Below, piece by piece: positions 21,375 to 33,300 of a stretch of 64,000 bases of DNA. Below the pieces are notes generated by a model. That model was not told where the DNA came from. It searched no databases and saw only the letters and a list, made by a program, of their open reading frames with translations. Source of the DNA: Candidatus Eiseniibacteriota bacterium (GTDB taxonomy: Bacteria; Eisenbacteria; RBG-16-71-46); the NCBI GenBank assembly GCA_963744995.1, contig CAVUWA010000002.1:352001-416000 (forward strand). Reading direction: 5' to 3'. The position numbers and the translations under genes were made by a program. Positions within the stretch are counted from its first letter, which is position 1. Each line of letters starts with the position of its first letter.

Positions 21375-23480
21375 TCAGCGCGTCAGGACCACCGCGCGCT
21401 TCAACGTCAATCCCCCGGCCTGCAGCCTTACGAAGTAGATCCCCGAGCGCGCCGGGCCGTCGAGGGTCGCGCCGTTCCAGATCGCCTCGTGACGCCCCGC
21501 GCGCATGAAACCGTCGGCGAGGGTGGCCACCACCCGGCCCTGGATGTCGAACACCGCGAGTTTCGCGCGGGTGTCGCGCGGCAGGGAGAAGCCCAGGCGC
21601 ACGGGACCGCGGGCGGGATTCGGCGACACGCCGAGCGCGAGCGCCTGCGGCGGCGCTTCATCGCCCACCGCGACCCAGTAGTCGCATATGTGAACGGGCG
21701 ATGCGGAATTGCGCGGCGCCGGGCTCAGCGTCTCGAAGTCGAGGAGATTGTCGTCGGTGTCGACGCAGCCGGCTTCCTTGCGGTACGCGGCGCTTAGATT
21801 GTTGAGGTCGGCGGTCGGTGTGGTCTCGGCGCAGTCGGCCGGGCCGTAGCCGACGAAGTCCTCGATCGCGCCGCCGGTCGGACATGCGCCGCTGAGGACC
21901 CCGGTGTTCGAGACGAGCGCGACCTTGCCGCTGATCGCACTCATCGCAATGCCGCCGATCGCGTCGGGCGTCGGCAGGTCGACCGTGCCGCCCGCGCCGG
22001 GGGCCTGCTGAATCAGGTAGTAGTGCGCCGGCTGGATCGTTCCGATCAGCGTCGTCGTGAACCACGTCGTGCCCACCGTCGAGGCGTACTGCACCGACCA
22101 GCCGGTGACGTCCACCGGAGCGGCGCCGCGATTGAAGAGCTCGATGTAATCGTTCTTGAGCGTGGCGCCGGAGTTGCCGCCGCCGCCGTAGATCTGGCTG
22201 ATGACGATCGGATGCTGCGGCGCGAGGTCGGTCGTGAAGTGGGCGACGATGTCCTTGTTCGCGTTCACGGTCACGTGAAGCGGATTGGCGGACCCGCTGG
22301 CGTCGCCGCTCCAGTTCTGGAAGAAGTAGCCGGGCGCCGGGGTCGCGGTCAACTCCACGTCGGTGCCGAAGGCATAGGTGGCCTGGTCGGGCGACTTCGC
22401 GACCGAGCCGCCCGCGGCCGGGTCGGCGCTCACGGTGAGCGTGAACGCGGACACACAGGGGTTGGGTGCCGAGGCGCTGTTGCGCGGCGCCGGTGCGGCC
22501 GCCGAGAAGTCCGCCGAGTTGTCGTCGGTGTCCTGGCACCCGTCGAGCAGACGCAGGTCAGCCGTCGTGTTGTTGAGTCCGGGCGCCGGCGAGGTCTCGG
22601 AACAGTCCGCCGAGCCGTAGCCGACGAGATCGGCGAGCGTAGCCGGGGCGGGGCAAGATCCGGAAAGCGCGGCAGCGTCCATCACCAGCGCCACCTTGCC
22701 CGACGACGAACTCATGGTGATCGACCCGGTGGCATCCGGCGTGGGCAGGTCCACCGTGCCGCCGGCGCCCTGCGCTTCCTGGACCAGGTAGTAGCCGCCG
22801 GGCGGGATCGTGCCGGCGAGCGCCGTCGTGGCCCAGGTGACCCCGCTCGCCGAGGCGTACTGCACCGTCCAGCCTGTGAGGTCCACGCTCGACCCGCCGG
22901 CGTTGAACAGCTCGATGAAGTCGTTCTTGAGCGTCGCGCCGGAATTGCCGCCGCCGCCGTACACCTGGCTGATCCTGACGAGCGGCGCGGCCGGGGCGCC
23001 GATGTGAACGACGGCGCCCGCGCATGCGGGAATCGTCTGCGCATTGTTCGAATCGCGGAAGTCCACGCTTCCGCACGACACCGCAGCGTCGCCCGCCGCC
23101 AGGGCCTTGAAGCGCGCGTAGACCAGTACGCCCGGGCCCTGCGCGGTGCCCTCGAGCATCGCCGCGTCGTACCGGAGCGTGTCGGCCGGCGGAGTCACGT
23201 CGGGAACCAGGAACGCCGCGTAGGCGCCACCCGGGGAGGTCAGCACTTCGCCCTCGTAGGCCGACACCAGCAGCAGCCGCGTCGCGTCGTACGGGAACAC
23301 GAGCTCGAAGCCCTTGAGGTCGGGAAACGCGTCGGTGACGAAGCGCACGACGAATTCGTCGCCCACGTTCACCGTCGTGTCCGGCGGGTCGACGGACACC
23401 GTGACGGCGCCGCCCGCCCGCGGGGCGAAGGCCAGCCCGATCAGGGCCAGGCACAGGACGTTGCGCAGCGTTCTCAACAT
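21375..23480 (-). CDS. Secreted protein: cohesin-like domain, two lamin-tail domains, InlB-B-like repeat, FlgD-Ig tail
   Basis: Two copies of ISQ(V/I)YGGGGNSGATLKND(F/Y)IELFN; ATPAPGYFFQNWSGD; GGAGGAG RBS. Confidence 0.85.
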   Translation of the reverse strand: MLRTLRNVLCLALIGLAFAPRAGGAVTVSVDPPDTTVNVGDEFVVRFVTDAFPDLKGFELVFPYDATRLLLVSAYEGEVLTSPGGAYAAFLVPDVTPPADTLRYDAAMLEGTAQGPGVLVYARFKALAAGDAAVSCGSVDFRDSNNAQTIPACAGAVVHIGAPAAPLVRISQVYGGGGNSGATLKNDFIELFNAGGSSVDLTGWTVQYASASGVTWATTALAGTIPPGGYYLVQEAQGAGGTVDLPTPDATGSITMSSSSGKVALVMDAAALSGSCPAPATLADLVGYGSADCSETSPAPGLNNTTADLRLLDGCQDTDDNSADFSAAAPAPRNSASAPNPCVSAFTLTVSADPAAGGSVAKSPDQATYAFGTDVELTATPAPGYFFQNWSGDASGSANPLHVTVNANKDIVAHFTTDLAPQHPIVISQIYGGGGNSGATLKNDYIELFNRGAAPVDVTGWSVQYASTVGTTWFTTTLIGTIQPAHYYLIQQAPGAGGTVDLPTPDAIGGIAMSAISGKVALVSNTGVLSGACPTGGAIEDFVGYGPADCAETTPTADLNNLSAAYRKEAGCVDTDDNLLDFETLSPAPRNSASPVHICDYWVAVGDEAPPQALALGVSPNPARGPVRLGFSLPRDTRAKLAVFDIQGRVVATLADGFMRAGRHEAIWNGATLDGPARSGIYFVRLQAGGLTLKRAVVLTR

Positions 23481-23504
23481 GGCTCTCCTCCGAACCATCC
23501 CGCG

Positions 23505-24329
23505 TCAGCGCAACAGCGCGGCGAGCGTGCGGACCGTCGCGTGTTCCGACTGCAGCGTGATCTGGTAGACCCCGGCCGGGAGCGGTCGCCCCGCGTCGTC
23601 GCGCCCGTCCCACTGGACGCGGCGCGTGCCCGGGGCGAATCGACCCTGTTCGAGGTCACGGACACGCCGTCCCTGGATGTCCCGAATGACGATCCGCTGT
23701 GCTCCATCGAGCGGATTGGTGATCTGAATCGTGGTGCTGCCATGAAACGGGTTGGGCGCGGCACGCATCGCCAGTGCCGCCGGTGACGTCCCGGGGTCGA
23801 CGTCGGTCTGAGTGCCGATCGAGATCGTCGCGTCCTCGGGATATGCGGGGTTCACGTAGATTCCACCGTTGTAGAACTGCACGCTGCGAAAGCGCACGTG
23901 GGTGATCTGCGGCGTGTCGGACGCAGTGAAATGGAGCGTGTAGATCTGACCCGGCCCGGGCAGCGACACACCGGAGCAGAGCAGCACGTCGGTGATCGCC
24001 AGGCTGTCCGCTGCCGCGCTGAAGCGGTGAAAGGTATTTCCGCAGGCGCCGGTCATGTACGCGCCCTGCTGCAGCGAGGTGGGGGAGGTCGGCACGAACG
24101 TGAGCGCGCCGGGGTCGAACTCGACGACGGCGTCGAAGCCGTTGAACAGCGAGCCGGACTCCGTGACCTCCAGGGCGAGGGTGAAGGAGCTGCCCGGCAC
24201 CACGCTCTGGCCGGTCGGCAGGATCGCGACGTGCACACCCTGTGCGGCGGCAGGACGCCCCGCGAGCAGGGCGAGCATCGCCGCGCAGAGCGCCGCAAGG
24301 CGTGCCGATGGCCACGGGAATCGCCTCAT
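23505..24329 (-). CDS. Small secreted cohesin-like protein with FlgD-Ig tail
   Basis: Signal peptide; VVPGSSFTLAL...FNGFDAVVEFDPGALTF; PNPF...WDGRDD; ATGA overlap. Confidence 0.8.
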   Translation of the reverse strand: MRRFPWPSARLAALCAAMLALLAGRPAAAQGVHVAILPTGQSVVPGSSFTLALEVTESGSLFNGFDAVVEFDPGALTFVPTSPTSLQQGAYMTGACGNTFHRFSAAADSLAITDVLLCSGVSLPGPGQIYTLHFTASDTPQITHVRFRSVQFYNGGIYVNPAYPEDATISIGTQTDVDPGTSPAALAMRAAPNPFHGSTTIQITNPLDGAQRIVIRDIQGRRVRDLEQGRFAPGTRRVQWDGRDDAGRPLPAGVYQITLQSEHATVRTLAALLR

Positions 24330-27300
24330 CGCATCAGCGCGATGCTGCGGGTGAAAGTGCCGGCCGCGGTTTCCAGCCGTGCGAAGTAGAGCCCCGGCCG
24401 CACGCGCTCGCCGCTGTCGGCGGTGCCGTTCCAGACGACCTGATGGGTGCCCGCGGGGTAGACACCGCGCGCGAGGGTCCGCACGCGCCGGCCGTCGACC
24501 GCGTAGATCGTCAGGTTCACCCGGCTCCGGGAAGCGAGGCTGAACGCCATCGAGGTCGTCGCCGTGAACGGGTTCGGCGACACGCGATCGAACGCCGTGA
24601 CCGCCGGCAGGTCCGGCTGCGGCCGCGGTGCACCGAAGGTCACCGGGCGGTTCGCAGCATCGCGCGCATCCACCCGGCCGAGCGCGATGGCCGGATCGCC
24701 GTCCGCCGTGGCCCGGAACGTCCACACCGCCAGGTCGCCTTCGCCGGCGAGACCCTGCCGGCCTGCGCCGAGCAGCGCGGCGTCCATGCGCCCGGGACCC
24801 GGCGAGAACAGCACGCCGCCCTGGATGTCGAGCATCGCGCCCGCGCGAACGTCGGCGGGCGTCACGATGCCCGCGTTCCAGGACAGCGATGCCGACAGCG
24901 CCTGAACGTCGCCGGCGCCGCTCATGCGCAGCGTGACCTCGAACGTCTGGCCCGCCGTGACATGTGCCGGCGCATCGAGGGTCAGGGCATCGCTCGCCGC
25001 CGTCTCCCGGACCTCGTGAGCGGCCGCAACGGGCATCCCCGGCACCCCGAAGTTGAGCGCGAACATGACCAGATCTTCGAACTGCAGGGCCCCGTCGGTG
25101 AGCGGTCTGCCGTTCACCGAGCCGTCCAGCGTCGGGCCGACGTCAAGGCAGGCCCACGCCTCCGGGCCCGTGATCGTCTCGCCGTAGTGGCTGCCGAGCA
25201 GCGATACGTCGGGCGTGCCGACCGCGCCGTCACCGGCGCACGCGGTGGTGCCGTCGGTGACGTCACCGAGCAGGTAGTTGGGGATCCCCGCCGTGACGTT
25301 CGAGACCGGCGAGACCACGTCGCACGCACTCTTCGAGAACACCACGTAGAACCACGTGTCGCGGACGGGAGGATCGTCGGTCTGTCCGCTCGCACTGACC
25401 GGGGTCAGGGTCCACGGGGCGCCGGGCGGGTACGACGGCGTGGCCGGGGTCGCGCCGCCGTCATCGTCGTAGCGCGGATAACCGCCGAACGGGGCGCGGT
25501 ACACCTCCACCGTCGCCGCGGTCGGGGGCGGGGTGAAGGACACCTGCAGGATGATGCGCCCGCCGGCGCCGCTGCCGCCTCGATCGGCGGTCGCATCTGC
25601 GATGGCGGCCGGCGGCGTCGGGTCGCAGGTGACGCACGCGATGCTCAACGCTTCGAGCACCGGCGTCGTCGCCGGATCCGAGGTGGAGAGGTCGGCGCGG
25701 TACTGGATGTAGCGGGACATGCCGCCGACGGTCGTGCCGGAACCCGCCACCGGCGCGAACGCCGTCCAGGAGCCGTCCGGGACGGCAGTGTCGCCGGTGC
25801 GAGCCGACAGGGAGATCGCGGTGCCCACGGGCAGCGCGGCGGTCCACGTCATGGCGTCCCAGGTGACGGACGCGCCGGCGTCGTACACACGGGACGTGAA
25901 CGTGCCGGAGGTCGCATAGGGAGTCTCGTGCACCCAGTCGACCGCGAGCACGCTGCCGTCGTTGTCGTAGTCGCTGAATCCCGGTCGCATCGACAGCGCG
26001 ATGGTCGTGGCGCGCCGCGCGACGCTGGCGCCGTCGACGAGGAAGATCAGGCTGTCGGGGGCGGGCTTCCATTCGATCCGGAACAGGTGCGGGGCGCCGG
26101 TGAAGGCGCCGATGGCGATGTTTTCGTTCTCGGCCCCGTTCGCCGGATTGTTGATGCGGGCATAGAGCGTCGTCCCGCCGCCGAACGTGCTGAACATCGC
26201 CCACGACTGGACGATGTCGCCGAACATGCCGGCGCCGGTAGCGGTGTTGTCGCCACTGCCGAGACCGGCATGCTGGTTGGCGGCCGTGAGGAAGGTCGCG
26301 TTGAACTCGAGCACCACGCCGCTCGCGCTGCCGGTCGTGGAAAGCGGGGTGAGCCGCGCGCCGTCGACGGCCACCGCACCCCCGGCCACGGCGGACGTGC
26401 CGCCGGTCCACGGCGTGCTGGTCCAGTCGGCGGGCAGCGACGTTCCGGAGAACTCGGCCCCCTGGGCGGGCGCCAGCGTGACCTCGCCGTTGGCGGTCAC
26501 CGACACCCACGTGTCCGACAGGGCCCCTGCGGCGAAGTCGGCCTCGACGTCGTCGGTGAAGCACGCCTGCGCCGGCGTGCTGAAGCCGAGCACGCCGGGC
26601 GGCACCGGTTCGCTCGCGGCATTGAGCGAGCCGTCCGTGGACGTGACGCGGTAGTCGTAGCCGAGGCCGGGCGTGAGCCCGGAAAGAACGATCGAGTGCG
26701 AGGTCACGAGCGCGGCATCCGACTCGTTCGAACTCAGTGCGCCGCCGCTCACTCCGTAGTCCACCCGCGAGTCCGCAGGCTCGTCGGTGGTCCAGGTGAC
26801 CGTCGCGCCCGTTCCGCCCGGATCCGGGGCGGCGACCACGTCGCTGATCACCGGCGGGGTGAGATCCGGTCCCGCGGTGCATGCCAGCGCCACGTCGCGC
26901 AGCACGGGTGTCAGGGCCGGGTCGCCGGTCGTGAGGTCGGCGCGGTACTGGACGTAGCGCGAGTTGCCGCCCACCGTGCCGCCGTTCGAGACCGCGTTGA
27001 ACGCGCTCCAGCTGCCGTCCGGGACGGCCGTGTCGCCGGTGCGGAACAGCAGCGCGACGCCGGTGCCCGACGGCGTGTCCGCGGTCCAGGTCGCGGCGCC
27101 CCAGCTGGTCGGGCCGCCCAGGTCGAAGACGCGGGAGGTGAAGCTGCCGGCGGCCGGATAGGGGGAGACGCGGAACCAGTCCACGCTGAGCGTGGCGCCG
27201 CCAACCGGATAGTCGCTGATGATCGGCACCATGTTGACTCCGACCGACTGGACGAGCGTCGTGGCGTATGCGCCGTCCACGTAGAAATCGAATCCGGTCG

Positions 27301-30300
27301 AGGTCCAGACGATGCCGTAGCGATGCGGCGCCCCCAGCAGGCCCGCGCCGAGCAGAACCTCCTGGCCCAGATCGTTGCGGGCGTAGACGCCCGTGCCGTT
27401 GTTGCCCTCACCGATCACGACCCAGGGGTTGCCGCCGAACGTACTGTCCGCGGCGAAGCCGGCGTTCTGGAACGTCCCGGTCGTGAAGGTCGCGAGGAAT
27501 TCGACCGACGTGAGCGGCGCCACCGGTGCGGCGACGTGCACGTGCGCGCCGTCGACCGTGACCTGCCCGCCGGAAAGCTGGTAGTAGCCGCCGGATGCAT
27601 ACGCGCCGGCGCTCCAGCCCGCGGGCAGTGCGGCGCCGTCGAAGTCGGCGGCGTTCGCCGGCGCGAGGATCACCTCGCCGTCGTCGTCGAGTACGAGCGC
27701 GGTGTTCGGATCCGTGCTCCCGAGCTCGAAGTCCGCGAGCGTGACGTCGGCGGGGCACGGCGCCGCGGCCGTCGTGAAGCTCAGCGGCGATGCCGGCGGC
27801 TCGGGTGCGGTGGCCGAATTGGTCGATGGATCCACCGACGTCACGCGATAGTAGTAGGTCGTCGCCGCGGCCAGGCCGCTGAGATCGGTCGAGTGCGACG
27901 CGGTCGGGGCCGGGTCGCTCGCCGACAGGGCGAGGTCGCCCGGATCCGTGCCGTAGTCGACGCGCGAGTCGGCCGCTTCATCGGTGTCCCAGGTGATGGT
28001 CGCGCCGCCGGGTCCGTTCGGGGTGGCGACGACGTTCGTGATGACCGGCGCGGTCACGTCCGCGCCCGCCGTGCAGGCGACGTGTGCGTCCTGCAGCACC
28101 GGCGTCACGCCGGGATCGGTGGTGGCGAGATCGGCGCGGTACTGGATGTAGCGGCTGTTGCCGCCGATCGTGGTGCCGCTCGAAGCCACCGGCGCGTAGG
28201 CCGTCCAGGTGCCGTCGGGAATCAGCGTGTTGCCGGTCCGCACGTTCATCTGCAGGCTCGTGCCGGCAGGCAGGTCCGCCGTCCAGGTCATCTGGTCCCA
28301 GTTGGCCGGGCCGCCGGCATCGTAGACGCGCGAGGTGAACGAGCCGCCCGCCGCATAGGGCGAGACGTGGATCCAGTCCAGGAGGACCGCCTGGCCACCG
28401 ACATCGATGTCGCTGGCGGCGGGTCGCATGGGATCGGTGATCACGATCGGCTCGGTGTGCACCAGGGCGCCGTCGATGGAGTAGTCGAAGCCGGTCGCCG
28501 TCCAGTCGATACGATAGAGATGCGATGATCCCAGGTAGCTGGTGGGGAGCGTGAAGTCGACGACGCTGCCCACGGCGGTGCGGGTGACGAACACGCCGCC
28601 GTCGCCGGTGCTGAACAGTGCGAACGGTGCGTTCTGGAAGATCGCGGTGACGCCGTTTCCGTCCGTACCGCCGCCGAAGCCCACGTGCTGCAACCGGTCG
28701 GTGGTGAAAGTGGCGACGAACTCCACCGAGGTGCCCGGCCCGTAGGTCGTCCCTTCGGGCTCGGAATTGAAACGGGCGCCGTCCACGACGAGCTGCCCGC
28801 CGGAGACCGTCGCGGAACCGCCCGCCGACCACGGATAGCCGTCCCACTCGCCGGTCGGGGGCAGCACGTCGAACTCGGCCGTGGCGGCCGGCTTCAGAAT
28901 CACGTCGCCGTCGCCGAGCGTCGTCACGGCGGTGTTCGCGTCCGGCGTGCCGGCGGCGAAATCGGCCACGGTCGCGTCGAGGAAACACTCGGGTGCCGGC
29001 ATCGTGAACTCGAGCGGTGCGGCCGGCGGATCCGGCTCGGTGGCCGCGTTGCTGGCGGCGTCGGTCGAGCCGACGCGGAAGTAGTAGAGCGTGCTGGCCG
29101 CGAGGCCGCTGAGCGTGATGCTGTGGCTGGTGAGCAGCGCCGCATCGGTCTCCTGCGACGACAGCGTGCCGGCGTCGGTGCCGTAGTCCACGCGCGAGTC
29201 CGCGGCCTCGTTGGTGGTCCAGGCGATCGTAGCCGTCCCGTCGCCGTGCGGCGTCGCGGTCACGGCGCTGATCAGCGGCGGGGTCGTATCGACGGCATAG
29301 CTCGCCGCGTAGGTCGCCGTATTCGCCGGGAAGATCGCGTACTCGATACCCTTGATGGTCTCGGTGGTGTAGGCAATCGGAATGCCGTCTTCGGTGATCC
29401 CGGTGAGCTGTCCGACCGCGGCCAGCGTGGGCAGCATGCCGCGCAGGTTGTGCGCGCCCGCCGCGACGGCGACGTCGAAGCTCAGCACGTTGCCGTTCCA
29501 GACGAGGTTCTGGAACGATGAGCCGTTGCGGCCGTCGAGCCAGTCGAGCATCTGCTTCGCCGACACCACCGGAACGCCGCGGGACTGCGCCGAGGCCACG
29601 ACGGCGTTCGAGCCGGCGTGGTTCGTGTTGTCGAAGTGCATGTTGGTGGTGAAGACGCCGTAGTAGCCCTCCGGACCGATCGCGCGGTCCAGGAGCTGAT
29701 CGCAGAACTGCGGGAACGTCTCGCCCGACTCGTCGGGCATTTCCGTCGATGCCTGGAAGCAGTCGATGATCGTGCCGTCGAGCTTCGCGAAGCGCATCGG
29801 CATGCCGGAGCCGGTGAACATGCCCGGGCGGTCCTGAATCCACACGTCCGGCCAGTAGTAGTAGTTGGTGTCGAAGCGGATCCCGTTGGCGGCTTCGACC
29901 TCGGGGGTCACGCTCCAGTCGCTCCATGCGATGCAATGGTTGCGGTTGGTCGTCGGCACCGGGAGCGAGGGGTAGGTGGACGTGAACTGCGCCATCTGAC
30001 TCGTGATGAAGTCGTCGTACTGCGTTTCGGTGAAGTTCTGACAGTTGGTGTTGACGTGCAGCGCCACCTCGAAGCCGAGATCGTTGTAGAACTGCGCCTG
30101 CGCCGGAGTGAACGTCGAGCCCACGTAGAGGTAACCGGTGGCCCTCACGCACTCCCAGTCGTCCACCGAACAGCCGGCCGGGCTCTCGTTGATGTAGATG
30201 TCGAAGCGCGGCTGCATCCCGGCGTCGCCGTGGTCGTCGCCGGTCATGACGATCGCCGCCTTGAAGTCCTTCGGCAGGTACCAGAAGCGCGGCAGCGGCG

Positions 30301-33300
30301 CGCGGTCCAGGTTGCCCTGGATGATTGCATTGGCCAGCAGGCGCTGCTGTTCATCCGCCTGTGGAATCGCGATTTTGTCGAAGTCGACCCAGTCCGGCTG
30401 CGGGTCGAACGAGGCGGCGCCGAAGAACTGGTCGTCCGAGCGGATCGGGTCGATCTGACCGTCCCGTTTCTGCCCGGCCCACGCCGGGTTGCCCTGGCGC
30501 GTATAGACCACCGAGCGCGCGAGATCGTACGTGAACGCGATCGCCTGGCCGCCGTTGCCGCCCACGTCGCGGGACGTCACGGCCGGGTTCGCCGTGGCGG
30601 TAGTCGCATCGGAATAGAGCGTGGCGACGGCGGTCGCACCGTTCAGCGTATAGAGGTCGGCGTCGCCGTGGAACTGGATCGTCTGCCCGACGATACCGAC
30701 ACCCGGCCCCGACGTGGTGTTCACGAGCAGGTACGCGTTCGACAGCGTGCCGGCCACCGGCGTCAGCCCGAGCAGCGGCGCGAGCTGCGCGTCGGGCCGC
30801 ATCGCCACCAGCGTGCCGCCCGCACTGGTCCAGTCGCCGAGCATGGTGACCTGCGGCGCGCTGAGCGCCATCTCGCCGAGGATCACCACCTCGTAGCTGT
30901 CGATCACGGTCGGCGTCACGAGCGAGATGTCCTTCGCCGAGAACTCGTTGAAGCCCTCGGTGCGCAGGATTTCAGCCATGTAGCGGCCGAACGGATTCGT
31001 CGCCGCGCTGATCACCAGGATCGGGCCGCCCGGCCCTTCGGTGGGCGGCGGGGGCGGGGGTGCGGTGGTGGTGAACGACCACGACACGTCCGCGGCGAGC
31101 GCGTTGCCGGCCAGATCCTTGATCCGCGGGTCGGTACCGCCGCCCTTGAGCGTCGCCGTGTAGGTCGCCGAGTAGTCGAGCGCGGCCGACGGCGTCAGCG
31201 TGGCCGTGCGGGTCGCGGAGGAGTAGCTCACGGCCGCCGCGACCGGTGCGCTCAGGTCGTCCACGAGCTCGAACGTCGTCCCGTCGACCGTCGTCGCGTC
31301 GATGGCCTCGTTGAAGATCGCGGTCACGCTCGCCGTGACCGCCACGCCGCTCGCCCCCGCGGCGGGCAGCTTCGACAGCACCACAGGCGGGGTCGTGTCC
31401 GGGCCGGGGTTGTCGTCGAACACCACGTCCACCCAGTAGTTGCTGGCCTGGTAGTCGGATGTCGGGAATGTGCTCGTCGCCGCGTACGCATAGACGCCGT
31501 TTGGACCCTCCTCGCCGTCGGCGAGGATCCGGATCGGCGGCGCGTCAATCCCCGAAGCGAACGCATTCACGTCCTGCGAGTAGTGTCCGGTGTCGGTGTG
31601 ATACGAGGCGATGTAGGTGGTGTTGGCGGTGACCTGCACCGGCGCCGCGAACGGCGCCTCCTGCCAGCCGCTCGCCGACTCGCCGGAGAACGTCGTCGTG
31701 GCGATGAGCGCCCCGGCCGAGCTCCACAGGTTACCGACGTGCGTCCCGGTGTTGGCGGTGCTCTTGTAGAAGCGGATGCCGTTGATCACGCCGTCCGCGC
31801 TGGTGCGGAACTTGACGCCCAGCTCGATCGCGGCGTTGTCGGGCTCGTCCACGTTCTGCGGGACCGTGGCCGGGTCGAACACCGTGCACGGGCAGACGCG
31901 TGGATCCACCGTCACGTTCACCGGCGTGCCGGGGGTCTCCATGTTGCCGCTGTCGTCGTAGCTGCGGCTCCGGATCGTCGCGGCACCGGTCGCGCCGGGC
32001 GACCAGGCGAACGTCCAGTTCGTCGAGCCGCTTGCGAGCTGCCAGGTCGTTCCGCCGTCCACCGAGACCTCGACCCCGGCCACCACGCCGTCCACGTCGG
32101 AGGCGGTGCCGGAGATCGTCGTCAGCGCGCCGGTCTGCACATGCGCGCCGTCCGCGGGCGAGGTGATCGCCGACACCGGCGCGGTGACGTCGGTGGACTG
32201 GGTGGCGGCGACGAGGCCGGTCTGCAACGTGGCGGGCTGGACGCCCATGTCGGCGAGCAGATTCACCGTCGCCTGCTGCATGTCGGGCACTTCGGGATCG
32301 CTGCCACGATCGTGGTTGGAGTCGAGGCCCCAGGCCCACTGCACGGTGCCCGCGCCGAACACCAGCGCGCCGCTCGGCGCGCGGTACAGCGACAGGTGGT
32401 GGCGCTTGCCGTCGAAGTCGGTCTGCGAGAGCAGGATCCGCCCCGCGGGATAGAAGTCGTCGTACTGCTGCCAGTCCCACTCGTAGCCGAGCGTCGCGCT
32501 GCCGAGCGTCGCCTCCTGCCCGGAACCGAGCGCGGCGATGCCCGTGTTGCGCCAGAAGCGCAGCGCGCCGTAGGCGGCAGGCACGTGGATCGCGGAGGTG
32601 TTGCCGTCCCAGCTGATCTGGCCCGACAGCGCGTTCTCGGGCGAGCAGCCGTCGTTGGGCGCGTAGGTCGGCTCGCAGCCGTCGCGCCAGAGCCCCGTCC
32701 ACACCCCGGTCAGCGGATCGCACTTGCCACCGCAGATGTTCTCGCCGAGCGTGCCTTCCTTGTAGCAGACCAGCGTTCGGTCGGGCGTGGCCGAGCCGTC
32801 CGTGCTCGGCTCGAAGCGGGTCTTCCAGTAGATCTCGTTGCCGCTGAAGAACGCCAGGTGAACCCCTGCGTCGCGCGCCGCGGTGACGTTGGCGCGCTGT
32901 TCCGCCGACCAGTACTCATCGTGGCCGACCGACAGGAACACCTGATGGTTGAGGAGCAGGCCGCCGGAGCGGTGCGTGTCGACGTCAGTGAAGTACGACA
33001 CGTCGTAGCCGTTGCGCTCGAGCCAGCGCACCATCGGGTACTCGGCGTTGAACACCCAGTCCTCGCTCGAGCCGCTGCCGCCGCCCCCGCCGCGGGTGGT
33101 GAAGGGACGGTTGTAGCTCACCTTGGAGGCGTGGTTCAGGGTCGGGGGCCCGCTCGCGCTGCCGACGTAGAGACTGTTGCCGCCGTAGCCGTTGTAGGCC
33201 TGCCAGGTGGCGTCCGAGGTCTGGAACAGGAGCTTCGAGGTGCTCGCGTCGTCGCGCACGATGAACACGATGTGGCTCGAGCCCTGGTTGTCGTCGCGAA